Below, piece by piece: positions 30,886 through 44,123 of a DNA stretch of 64,000 nucleotides. The translations under genes and the position numbers were made by a program. The DNA is from the human T2T-CHM13v2.0 reference genome, Homo sapiens. Each line of letters opens with the position of its first letter. Position 1 is the stretch's first letter. A model generated the notes under the pieces. That model worked only from the letters and a program-made list of their open reading frames with translations, ran no database searches and was not told the DNA's origin. The stretch lies in NCBI RefSeq assembly GCF_009914755.1, contig NC_060945.1; one strand, 5' to 3'.

Positions 30886-31870
30886 GTCAACGACCTACAC
30901 TGGGGAAAGGACACAATCTCCAATACATGCTTCTTGAAAAATTGGATATCCATATGCAGAAGAATGAAACTAAACTCCTATCATTCACCTTATACAAAAA
31001 TAGACTCAAAATGGATTAAAAATTTAAGTGTAAGACATGAAAAATTAGACTACCATACACTGTTGGTGGTAAGTTAAATTATTTCACTTATTATGAAAAA
31101 CTGTATGGTGGTTCCTCAAAACAAAAATAGAGACACCATATGATCTAGTGATCCCACTACTAGGTGTTTATCCAAAGGAAAGTAAATCATTACACTTAAG
31201 AGGCATCTGCACCTCCATATTTATTGCAGCTGTCTTCACAGTAACCAAGATATGGAATTAAGCTAAATATCCATCAATGGATGGATAGATAAAACATGTG
31301 GTATATACACATACCAAATTTGTATATACATTCATATATATATATTATATATATGAATACTATTCTGCCATAAAAAGAATGAAATTCTGTCATTTGCAGA
31401 ATCATGGATAAGACTAGTGAACATTACGTTAAGTGGAATAAGTCAGACACAGAAAAATTAATACTGTCTGTCCTTACCCATATGCAGGAGCTAAACAAAT
31501 TTGAGCTCATTAAAGTAAATGGTAGAATTGTGGTTATTAGATGTTGGGAAGGATGTGGGAGGGGAGGTTGGTTAATGGACACAAAATTATAGCTATATGG
31601 GAGGAATAAGTTCTGTTGTAGTGCTCTATAGCTGGTCGCATGGAAATAACTATAATTTATGGTATATTTTCAAAAAGCTAGAAGAGAGGATTTTGAATGT
31701 TGTCAACACAAAAGTATGATAAATGTTTGAGGTGTTTGAAATGCTAATTACCCTGATTTGATCATTATGCATTGTACACCTGTATCAAAATATCACTCTG
31801 TTTCCATAAATATGTACAATTATTGCATGCCAACTAACAATAAAAGGACAAGATAAAGATTCAAAAAATA
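30886..31870 (+). mobile_element. 5'-truncated, internally deleted L1MA-type element (ORF2 end and 3' UTR)
   Basis: CTGGGGAAAGGAC...GGATATCCATATGCAGAAGAATGAAACT (ORF2), then a typical L1MA 3' UTR (GCTAGAAGAGAGGATTTTGAATGTT...TAATTACCCTGATTTGATCATTA...ATAAATATGTACAATTAT...AATAAAA). Confidence 0.85.
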
Positions 31871-32350
31871 GGAAGAAATATCATTTTTCTGATACAATTT
31901 CTTCTCGGTGTGCCCATGTTGTTTCATGATTGCAAAGCGTTCTTTTAAGTGCTTGTAAAGTATTGTTTTCATGCTTCTTAAAATTGCTTCCAGAAGTAAT
32001 GTCAAACTCATTCACCTATAGTTTATGAGCTCTATCTTCCTTTAAAAAACTAGTACACTGCCCATTTCTTGTCTTCTAAAACTTTTACTATTCTCCATAA
32101 TCCTCAAAGATATATAGAGAAACTTAAAAATCTCTTTCCTAAACTTTCTTATTGTTTTGGAGTGAGTTCTACTCCAATACTAGGGCCCAGAGCTCATAGT
32201 GCCTCTTCGTTCATCTTGAGATTTAATTAAAAGCAATGTTGAGTCTTCTCTTTTGGATCTAAAGATCTATTTGATGAGAAAGACTGAAGAAAAATAAGGA
32301 TAAGGGTATTTCCTCCATGTTTTCATGGCACAAAATCTTTGTTTGCTAAC

Positions 32351-32847
32351 TGTGATAAGCAGAATAATGCCCCCCCACCCCCCACAAGACAGTCTCTGTC
32401 CTATTCTCCATGTCAGGAAGGATATGCTATGTTATATAAGAATATATGATGTTACAATGCAAGAAAGTATTAAGGTTGCACATGACATTAAGCTTACTAA
32501 ACAGCAGAACTTAAAATAAGAGATCATACTTGATTATCTAGGGGGGGCCAATTTAATCACAAGGATCCTTTAAATGTGGAAGAGTGTGGTAGAAAATATT
32601 TAAAGATACTACATTGTTAATTGTACTGGAGGGAAGAACCAAGAGACAAGGAATGGGGAAAGCAGACAAGAGACAAGAAATGAAGACAGCCCCTAGAAGC
32701 TGGAAAAGGCAAGAACATGTATTCTCCTTTAGAGTCCCCAGAAGGAAAGCAGTGCTGCTGACACCTTGATTTTAGCCTAATGAAAACCATTTAAGACTTC
32801 TGACCTTTATAATTTTAAAATGATAGATTTATGTTTCTAAACTACCA
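32351..32847 (+). mobile_element. MaLR LTR, MLT1D-like, 3'-truncated
   Basis: Starts TGTGATAAGCAGAATAATGCCCCCC and contains GAAGCTGGAAAAGGCAAG...GCTGACACCTTGATTTTAGCC...GACTTCTGACCT. The terminal ...CTAATACA segment is missing. Confidence 0.8.
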
Positions 32848-32873
32848 AATAAAAATATTTTGTCTTTAGTTTT

Positions 32874-33600
32874 TAAAAGTTTAATCAAAATGTTTCTTGA
32901 AATGTGTTTATTCCGTGTAGGGTATCTTAGGCTTCTTGAATCTATACATTTGTGTCTTCTGCAAATTTGAGGTTTTTTTGAAGCACTATTTCTTCAAGTA
33001 TTCTTTCAGCCTCATTTTACTTCTTTTCTGGTACACGTAATAAAAATGTTGGATCTTTGTTGTTGCCTCACACATACCTACATCTGTGTTCATTTTATGT
33101 ATCAGTCTATTTTATTTATGTTGTTCAAATTGGTTAAATTCTACTATTCTGCCCTCACATTCACTGATTTTACCTTCTCGCATCTCAATGGCGCTATTGA
33201 CTCCATCCAACACATTTTTTCATTTCTGTTACCGTGTTTGTTTGCTTTTATAATTTACATTTAGTTCTTTTTGTTGTTGTTTTTTTACAACTCAAGTTTG
33301 GTTAATATTTTGTGATTTTGTTATATATTTTAAGATAATTTCTATTTGATGTTGAAACATTTTTGCTAGATATTTTAAAATCATATTCAGATGATTCCAA
33401 CATCTGATGCGTTTTGGTGTTGGTGTCAGTTAACTGTCTTTTTTCACTCAAATTGTTATTTTCTTGGTTCTTTGTATGATCGGTGATTTGTAATTATATT
33501 CTGGACATTTTGTCTATCATGGCAGACAATTGTGAGCTCTATTTAAACTGTTCCTTTTGGCAGGCAGTCACACTGTTTAGCTTTAGCATATACATCCTGG
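32874..33600 (-). mobile_element. Continuation of the ancient L1M upstream (ORF1/5') region
   Basis: Resumes the degenerate L1M sequence interrupted at 30885 (AGGCTTCTTGAATCT...ATTTCTTCAAGTATT). Confidence 0.55.
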
Positions 33601-34395
33601 GTGTGGGGCAGGTACACTGTGTACTATTTACTAGCTTGTCTGAGTTCAGTTAAACAGAACACACTCATATGCAACAAATTACATAAGGCAGATGTATCAT
33701 TTACAGACAAACAGCAAGAGACAACAGGTACCTATGTGAGCCGGTCCATTATGAGCCAGTAGCCCAAGGCTCAACAAAGTTGTCTGAAGTGGATGGAGTG
33801 CATGTGAAGTGCCTGAGGTGGATGCAGTGATTGTGCATGCCCCACTTGTACCACAGTTGAGGGACCCCACAAGACAGCTTGCCCTAGGTTACACACCTCA
33901 GGACCAATGGGAAACTATGGCCTAAAGTTTTGAAGAACATTCTCTGTCAAGGGAGAGAGTAACAAGGCCTAGGCTGTTTCAGGCCATTCTTCCCTGTCTC
34001 AGGATATTGCATTCTCAGCATATACTACAGTTGCTCTTGACAACTGCAAGCAAGAAAGAGGGGATAATTGGGTCAGTCCAAGGACACCTGGAAAGTTGAC
34101 CTGCAGTCTCCTGCTCCAACCAAGATATTTCCCTTAGAAAAGGTGGTGTATTTCATATGCCCATTGACCTCTCCAGATCTGGAGGTGGAGGTTTGTCTTG
34201 TCAGATCAATGTAACACCTTGGCTGACTCTGTCTCAGTGAAACATCATTGAGTCATAACCAGAATACATTTTACTAGTCCCAGGAGGACTACTACCACTA
34301 GCAGCACAGCCAGACCTCTCTGCAGTAGTAATGTAGCTCTGGGTCTCAAAGATCTAGGTAAGAGGTTGCCATAGAGGTTAAAGAAGGATTCTTCA

Positions 34396-34840
<445 letters not shown>

Positions 34841-36984
34841 GTCTGGAACAATTCTGTTGGTTAAAATAACTTTCTGGGTGGATCTGGGAGATGTTTCCTT
34901 GGCTTCTAAGACAGTGGCAATGGAGGAGGCAATATTTGCCATGGTTTGGGGCAGGTTTCTTTTCATTTTTTATGAGCAATAACTCCTATGAATGGTACCA
35001 AAGATCTCATAAAAGACATAAACCCAAAGTCAGTTACACATCCAGTCAGGTCTTTGGTAAGTCTGGTATACAGCATTAGGCTCCTGAGTCAATGGAGCAC
35101 TTCATTTTGGGGGTGAATTCTAGGAGCATCCCTAGCACACTCAATGGGGCAGGACCTGTAAGTTTTCCAGGCATGACTTTGCCCACCCCGTATTTGAGTC
35201 ACCCCAGATTGCCCACAGATAAAGATGTAGCCCTCTGGCACACACAGACCCCCTGTGCTAGTATTATTTATGAGGATGAAGGTATTGGCACTCACTAGCT
35301 AAGTCTCATTGATGGCAGTAGTTGCCTGAGTTTTCCTCATACAGTTTACCCCATACAATCCTAAAGCCTCTACGCAGAGGGCTAGCACTCTCCGATACTT
35401 GTTCTCTTCATCATCATGAACACACATCTTTGTAATTAAAGGAGCCTGGTGCATCAAAGCACCTGCCCACCAAAGATTCGTTAGTTGTGGTCATGACATT
35501 TTTCCACAAAGTTATTTAAGTTAAAAGATAGCACCTTTGAATTCTTCCTATGTGGCATGTGCTAGGTCCTCACTCAGTAAGCTAGGACTTAAGGTCCATT
35601 ACTGTACTCTGTGGCATTAGGAGTGCTAGAGTAGTTAACCACTGGCAAGATGAAAGGATCATTCTAGTCAATGAGAGAACAAGGTCGTGGATGGAGCATC
35701 CAGCACTTTGTCAGGTTACCCATGGTGTAACCATGGCACTTTGGAAGAGGCCACTAAGGCATTATGCTCACAGGCCTATAATGCCCCATCCTTGTGGAAA
35801 AGCAGACTGACAGTTTAATGCCCACCTCTCACCCTTTCCAGGGTCTCAGATGTTCTCTACCTATTGGATAAGAATTAGGCTGAGTTGGTATAGCAACCCG
35901 GTCTCTCTGTTTTAGTCCCAAGCTACTTCTGCAGACACCCATTGCCCTTGTTGCTTGACTCAAACCTTTCTGCCTCAATCATCCACTCCAGTACAAAGTT
36001 GGCATATCTCATAACATCATCCACCCAAATGGAAGGATCAGAGGTATCCAGCATCATTAGAGGGATTCTAGCAGTCTGTCATTCCTTAGTCCTGTACTCC
36101 ACCCCTGTGGAATCCCCTTATAGGGGAGGTACCCAAGGGAAGTATAAACTCCAGATTAGAGACAGCGTGGCCTCTCTGGAGTACTATGGCACCCTGAACT
36201 GCAATTCATCCCCAGGACATGTACTCTATAGGGGAAAAGGAAAAAGAATTGTTGAGAAAGACTGAGACTTTACAGGCACAGACAGCCTAGTCAGGTGGGT
36301 TTCTCATCCACCTCCACCCCAACCAAGCCCAGTGTCCCTCAATATGCACTGCAGTGCTGTTTCCTTTGCATTGGTGCATAGTGTTTAGTGTTCCTATTGC
36401 CCTAGTCAGATGGGCTACCCCCTCACTAGCAGGACATCTTGATGTTCTTTCTTCAGTTGTTTTGTGAGTTCCATTATTCAATAACTCTATTAGCCTGAGG
36501 ATGACAATGTATTTAAAAAGCCCATCTTTTTTCACTAATGTGTACCCATTATCTAGTTGCTTGAATAGCAAAAAATATTCCTTGGTCCAAGTAAAATCCC
36601 ATGGGCTATGTAAAAGGATGGCAGAAATTCCTCTCAAGTGTGGCTATAGTTACCTCAGCACCCATATGATTGACATATATTTGTCTTTTTCAGACAACAA
36701 GCTGTTTTTCTTAGTCCTTGTCCTCACATGGATATCCTCTAACAGTCCAATCCTTCCATTGCCACTGTCCTGATCAGATGGCTAGGCTTTTGGCAATGGC
36801 CCATAAGTCACTGAAAATATAGCAAGATATGCGACAGAGGTAGCCTGCATGGCCATCACCACTGCATTTAGTTTGGCCCATTGGGTAGAAAGCCCATGTC
36901 CAGTCTCAGTCAAAAGATAGCCATCCAGTGGCTGAATGGTGGTCCAGTGCATGTTGTCTGGCAGAGCTATCAGTAAACCATGCC

Positions 36985-39831
36985 TGTCAGGCTTCTGAGC
37001 CCAAGCTAAACCATCATATCCCCTGTGACCTGCACGTATACATCCAGGTGGCCTGAAGCAAGTGAAGAATCACAAAAGAAGTGAAAATGGCTGGTTCCTG
37101 CCTTAACTGATGACATTACTTTGTGAAATTCCTTCTCCTGGCTCAGAAGCTCCCCCACTGAGCACCTTGTGACCCCCGCCCCTGCCCGCCGGAGAACAAT
37201 CCTCTTTGACTATAATTTTCCACTACCTACCCAAATCCTATAAAACGGCCCCACCCCATCTCCCTTCACTGACTCTCTTTTCAGACTCAGCCCGCCTGCA
37301 CCCAGGTGAAATAAACAGCCTTATTGCTCATGCAGTGTCTGTTTGGTGGTCTCTTCACATGGACGTGTGTGACATTTGGTGCCTGTTATCACCCCCTGCT
37401 ACAGCATGGGCTTGTAAAACCTATAAACTCTCCTTACAATTCTCCCATTTTACCTATTCAAACACCAGACAAGTCTTACAGGTTAGTTCAGGATCTGCTC
37501 TGGCCATCATGTCTCCGTGCAGCAGTTGCCATCACCCTAATGCTTTTAGAGGCCCTAAAAATCACAAACTGTGCTCAACTCACTCTCTACAGTTCTCATA
37601 ACTTCCAAAATCTATTTTCTTCCTCACACCTGATGCATATACTTTCTGCTCCCCGGCTCCTTCAATTGTACTCACTCTTTGTTGAGTCTCCCACAATTAC
37701 CGTTGTTCCTGGCCCGGACTTCAATCTGGCCTCCCACATTATTCCGGATATCACACCTGACCCCCATGGCTGTATCTCTCTGATCCACCTGACATTCACT
37801 CCGTTTCCCCATATTTCATTCTTTCCTGTTCCTCACCCTGATCACACTTGGTTTATCAATGACAGTTCCACCAGGCCTAATTGCCACTCACCAGCAAAGG
37901 CAGGCTATGCTATAGTATCTTCCACATCTATCATTGAGGCTACCGCTCTGCCCCACTCCTCTACATCTCAGCAAGCCAAATTCATTGCCTTAACTCGAGC
38001 GTCACTCTTGCAAAGGGACTACACATCAATATTTAAACTGACTCTAAATATGCCTTCCATATCCTATGCCACCATACCATTATATGGGCAGAAAGAGGTT
38101 TCCTCACTGCGCAAGGGTCCTCCATCATTAATGCCTCTTTAATAAAAGCTCTTCTCAAGGCCACTTTACTTCCAAAGGAAGCTGGAGTCATTCACTGCAA
38201 AGGCCATCAAAAGGCATCAGATCCCATTGCTCAGGGCAATGCTTATGCTGATAAAATAGCTAAAGAAGCAGCTAGCATTCCAACTTCTGTCCCTCACGGC
38301 CAGTTTTTCTCCTTCTAATTGGTCACTCCCACCTACTCACCGACTGAAACTTCCACCTATCAATCTCTTCCCACACAAGGCAAATGGTTCTTTGACCAAG
38401 GAAAATATCTCCTTCCAGCCTCACAGGCCCATTCTATTCTGTCGTCATTGCATAACCTCTTCCATGTAGGTTACAAGCTGCTAGCCCACCTCTTAGAACC
38501 TCTCATTTCCTTTCCATTGTGGAAATCTATCCTCAAAAAATCACTTCTCAGTGTTCCATCTGCTATTCTACTACTCCTCAGGGATTATTCAGGCCCCCTC
38601 CCTTCCCTACACATCAAGCTCAGGGATTTGCCCCCACCCAGGACTGGCAAATTGACTTCACTCACATGCTCTGAGTCAGGAAACTAAAATACCTCTTGGT
38701 CTGGGTAGACACTTTCACTGGATGGGTAGAGGCCTTTCCCGCAGGGTCTGAGAAGGCCACCACGATGATTTCTTCCCTTCTGTCAGACACAATTCTTTGG
38801 TTTGGCCTTCCCTCCTCTATACAGTCTGATAACGGACCAGCCTTTATTAGTCAAATCCCCCAAGCAGTTTCTTAGGCTCTTGGTATTCAGTAAAACCTTT
38901 ATACCCCTTACCATCCTGAATCTTCAGGAATGGTAGAACGGACTAATTGTCTTTTAAAAATACACCTCACCAAGCTCAGCCTCCAACTTAAAACAAAAAA
39001 GAGGACTCTGTCAAGGATAGAGCCCCAAAACTCACCAACCAAACAAGTAATTCTGCTGAACCCCCTTGAGCACTCTCTAATTGGATGTCCTGGGTCCTCC
39101 CAATTCTTAGTCATTTAATACCTGTTTTTCTCCTTCACTTATTCACACCTTGTGTCTTCCGTTTAGTTTCTCAATTCATACAAAACCGCATCCAGGCCAT
39201 TACCAATCATTCCATATGACAAATGCTCCTCTTAACAACCCCACAATTCTTACCACAAAATCTTCCTTCAGCTTAATCTCTCCCACTCTAGGTTCCCATG
39301 CCTCCCCTAATCCCACTCGAAGCAGCCCTGAGAAACATCACCCATTATCTCTCCATAGCACCCCCCAAAATTTTCACCACCCCAACACTTCAACACTATT
39401 TTGTTTTATTTTTCTTATTAATATAAGAAGACAGGAATGTCAGGCCTCTGAGCCCAAGCTAAGCCATCGTATCTCCTGTGACCTGCACGTATACATCCAG
39501 ATGGCCTGAAACAAGTGAAGAATCAAAAGAAGTGAAAATGGCTGGCTCCTGCCTTAACTGATGACATTACTTTGTGAAATTCCTTCTCCTGGCTCAGAAG
39601 CTCCCCCACTGAGCACCTTGTGACCACCACCCCTGCCTGCCAGAGAATAACCCCCTTTGACTGTAATTTTCCACTACCTACCCAAATCCTATAAAACGGC
39701 CCCACCCCATCTTCCTTCACTGACTCTCTTTTTGGATTCAGCCTGCCTGCACCCAGGTGAAATAAACAGTCTTGTTGCTCACAAAAAGCCTGTTTGGTGG
39801 TCTCTTCACACTGATGCACTGATGCATGACA
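36985..39831 (+). mobile_element. HERV-H provirus (LTR7 family), heavily deleted
   Basis: 5' LTR 36985-37374 and 3' LTR 39438-39831 (TGTCAGGC(T/C)TCTGAGCCCAAGC...GACA). Perfect TSD ATGCC at 36980-36984 and 39832-39836. PBS stub TGGTGCC, PPT AAGAAGACAGGAA. pol remnants: SPYNSPILP, YRLVQDL, RNase H region TWFINDSS..AGYAIV, and integrase sequence. Confidence 0.95.
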
Positions 39832-41163
39832 ATGCCATGCTATCAGTAAGCATGTCTCTGAGTCCTGGGCCCCAGGTCACCACAGGAGAATCCAATGGAT
39901 CCTTACAGGTTGCTTAAAAGGGATAGTTTGTTGTAGTCCTGAAATAATAAAGTAATGTCCTATTCTCCACTTACCATGTAGTATTGCTTTTGTTAAATAA
40001 TCCATTGGGGCTTGGGTAGTTTAGGTGGGTCCTTTAGGCAGGATATGCCCCACTGTTATGGCTTGAATTCTGAGTTGTCAAAGAGTATGTCCCCTTAGGC
40101 AATGGTGATTTTTGTGCTACAAGAAGTCGGGGGATCAATGCCAATAATGCACTCACAAGTGAGAACCATGGTCACTGACATCCAATATGGACCAAAGCCA
40201 CATCACAGGTAGATAAGCACTACTGGTCAATGCATTCATTCTAAAACCTTCCAGTGTCACCAGTTTTTCTCCCTAAGAGGACCTGGAAATATTATGTGGA
40301 CTCATGTATCAAAAAAAAAAGTCTGAATTTCTTTCTTTTCTCCTCTTACCTTGACAGAAATATAAGGCCTTTGGCCTCCATTTGGGGACCCTGAGACCTT
40401 GGTCCCATTTCTGACTCTGCCATTCAGCCCAAGACATTGGATTTGCAATGTCCTTTCATCAAAGAAATATACCTGGCCTTTCTCTATATCTGTCCTTTAG
40501 ATAATGAGTCTCCCTTTCTGTGAAGGCCTTTATCACATGTATTGATTCCTTCTCAGATGCCTCAAGGAAGATCTGAGGACCCCTTTCTTCTTTCTCTCTC
40601 AGGTGCCTTAGTGTCTGGTTGAGTACACACTTCCCTCACTCTCTGCCCCCATGAATGACAGGGTAATTAAATAAATATCCCCAACCAAGGAACCTATGCT
40701 CCTCTATTTCCTCTTTGCCTTTTGTTTGCCTTGATCCATGCAGCCATCTCATTCACATCTGTGGGAAGTGGCAGACCTACATCCCACTTATCACCCTTCC
40801 TTCTTCTGAAAATATTCAATCCCCATGCCCCCAGGCTGCCGTCTTTCCCCTGGGCTGGGTACTAGGAAGTATCACCCCTCCTGCTTCTCAAATAAGCTAT
40901 GATTACATTAGATGGGGCCCTGCTTGCTGGACGCATTTTGTGGATTAGGTTTACTGTGTGCTGCTTACCAGCTTGTCTGAGTGCAGGAGACAGAATACAC
41001 TCATATGCAACAAGTTACACAAAGCAGATTTGTGACTTACAGGTAGGCAGCAAGGGACAAAAGAATGCTAGGATCTATGATGAGCTGGTTCCTGAAGACT
41101 CGAGAAAGCTGTCTAGGGCACATTGAGTCTCAGCTGTGCATTCCCCACTTGCACCACAGCTGA

Positions 41164-41473
<310 letters not shown>

Positions 41474-42896
41474 AGGACTCTTTAAGACAGCCTGTTCAGG
41501 GTTATATACCTCAGAGCCAATGTGAAACATTGACTTAAAGCTTTGAGGGGCATCCTGCTTCCAGAGGAAAGAGCAACAGGCCCAGGCTAGTCCAGTCAGC
41601 CCCTCCTTATCTCACCATAATGTATTCCCAGCATAATCTACAGTAATTATTAAGACCTACAAGGAAGAAAGGGAAGAGAACTGGGTCAATCCAAGGCCAC
41701 ATGGAGAACTGTCCTGCACTGGCCAATTGTTTTGGCTGTAGTTTCAATACCAACTTAATGTTTAGAGCTTTTGCATTGTGATTTCAGACTCTTTGATTAA
41801 TATGGTGCTGCTGGGAATTCCACTGCTCCCTGTTAGTGCTGCCTATGGCAGTGGAAGCAGTTTCTCCAGGTTAGGCTACCAGGTGTCTGAGGTATGTGGT
41901 GAGGGGTGTGGTAGAATCCCCCAACCAATGTCCCCTGGCTACTCTGGGGTCATTGGGAAGAGCGTCTTAGGCCTGCAGGGACAAAGCAGCTTCTTAGGCC
42001 AGGCCACTTTCTCTACTAGGTCCCTCTTCCTGGTTCTATTTTTCCACCTTTGTGCTTCCTGGTAGCAAAGGAAGCCTCAAGCTGTACTGGGAAGGAGAGC
42101 ACCTCTCTTAGCGTTTCTCCTAGCTGCTTCTCCTGGATGGTGGTGGGTGTCTCAAGCTAGCGGCTCCTGATTGATCCAAGGGAGGAAGGAGCTTACTTGA
42201 GGTATCTTCTGTTGCTAGATTGGGGGATTAGGAAAAATAAGTCTGAAGGCCTTCTTCTGTCCAGTGAGGATACACAAGATGCCTTGCTGTTGTGCTGTTT
42301 CACCATTCCTTGCATATCAAACTAACTCTTCTGTTTACCTCCATCTCTTAGAGCTTTTTCATGTTAGTCACATGTGTCATTTTCAAAATATATAGTTGTG
42401 CATAACAAAAAGAGGCGGGAAAAACATGGATCTGTGCCATATTTTCTGAATCCGAAGTTCCTTGCATACTTTATACTAAATAAGCTTTATCTGTGAGCTA
42501 TATTACTAGTATTTTCTTTGCCTATAATTGTTTCAGGTGTCACATTTAAGAGTTTGCTTGATTATGATATTTAAATATTACAGAATGTATTTGCAGAATA
42601 TATTTGCAGAATAACAATATTCTGCAAATAATGCCCTTGATATTCAAATTGAAAATCACTTTTCGTAATAGATCAAGGAAATTAGAACCTAATGATTTAA
42701 TGGTGTACACAATTGCAGCATTAGTTTTCTATTCAAAGCAACATAAAATAAATGACAAATTGAAAGAAAAATAGGTCTTTATTTACTCTATTCAAATATT
42801 AAAATAAATAATAATATGTCTATTGAAATGTCATAATCAGGATATCATTTATTCCAATTAATTGATTAAATAAGTAATCAGTTAAATGTCATAGAT

Positions 42897-43178
42897 TTTA
42901 TTTTTATTTTTATTTTTATAGAGAGAAGATGCCGTTCTGTCACCAGGCTGGAGTACAGTAGCTGGATCATAACTCACTATAACCTCAAAAAAGCCTCCCA
43001 AGTATCTGGGATTACAGGTGTGAGCCACCATGATAGGCTAATTAAATTTTTAAATTTTCTATAGAGATGAGGCTCTCCCTGTTACCCAGGCTTGTCTTGA
43101 ACTCCTGGGCTCAAGGGATCCTCCCACCTCAGCCTCCCAAAGTGATAGGATTACAGGTATAAGCCATCATGCCTGGCC
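42897..43178 (-). mobile_element. AluJ (internally deleted)
   Basis: GAACTCCTGGGCTCAAGGGATCCTCCCACCTCAGCCTCCCAAAGTG, a J-type pattern, preceded by a T-rich tail. Confidence 0.9.
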
Positions 43179-43273
43179 CTAGAATTTTTAAATTAATGGT
43201 GGTTGATACACATATTTACATTGTATTTTAGCCAGATTTACTGAGGTATAATTTACTTATGCAAAATTTACTA

Positions 43274-43583
43274 ATTTATTTATTTATTTATTTATTTTTT
43301 GAGACGGAGTCTCGCTCTGTTGCTCAGGCTGGAGTGCAGCAGCGCAATCTCGGCTCACTGCAAGCTCCGCCTCCTGGGTTCACACCATTCTCCTGCCTCA
43401 GCCTCCTGAGTAGCTGGGACTACAGGCGCCTGCCACCACACCCGGCTAATTTTTTTTGTATTTTGAGTAGAGACAGGGTTTCACCATGTTAACCAGGATG
43501 GTCTCAACCTCCTGACCTCGTGATCCACCCGCCTCGGCCTCCCAAAGTGCTGGGATTACAGGCGTGAGTCACTGCGCCCGGCC
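43274..43583 (-). mobile_element. AluY-type element
   Basis: (ATTT)n tail and Y-type diagnostics GCAAGCTCCGCCTCCTGGGTTCACACCATTCTCC. No clear TSD. Confidence 0.93.
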
Positions 43584-43755
43584 GAATATTTCCATTATAG
43601 CATATACTCGAATGCGTCTTAAAGTATTTATAAAGGTAATACTCATTGTATTTACTTATTTGACTTTTTAATTAGATTATAAAATCCAGTTACCTTTTAG
43701 TATGCTCAAAATTGTGTCAAATAATATTAATCCTTGAGTTAATTATACATTATAA

Positions 43756-44123
<368 letters not shown>

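Noticed and set aside
37324-38142. 272-aa ORF as a functional gene
   Set aside because: It is a deleted HERV-H pol fragment lacking the RT catalytic core, with later frameshifts.
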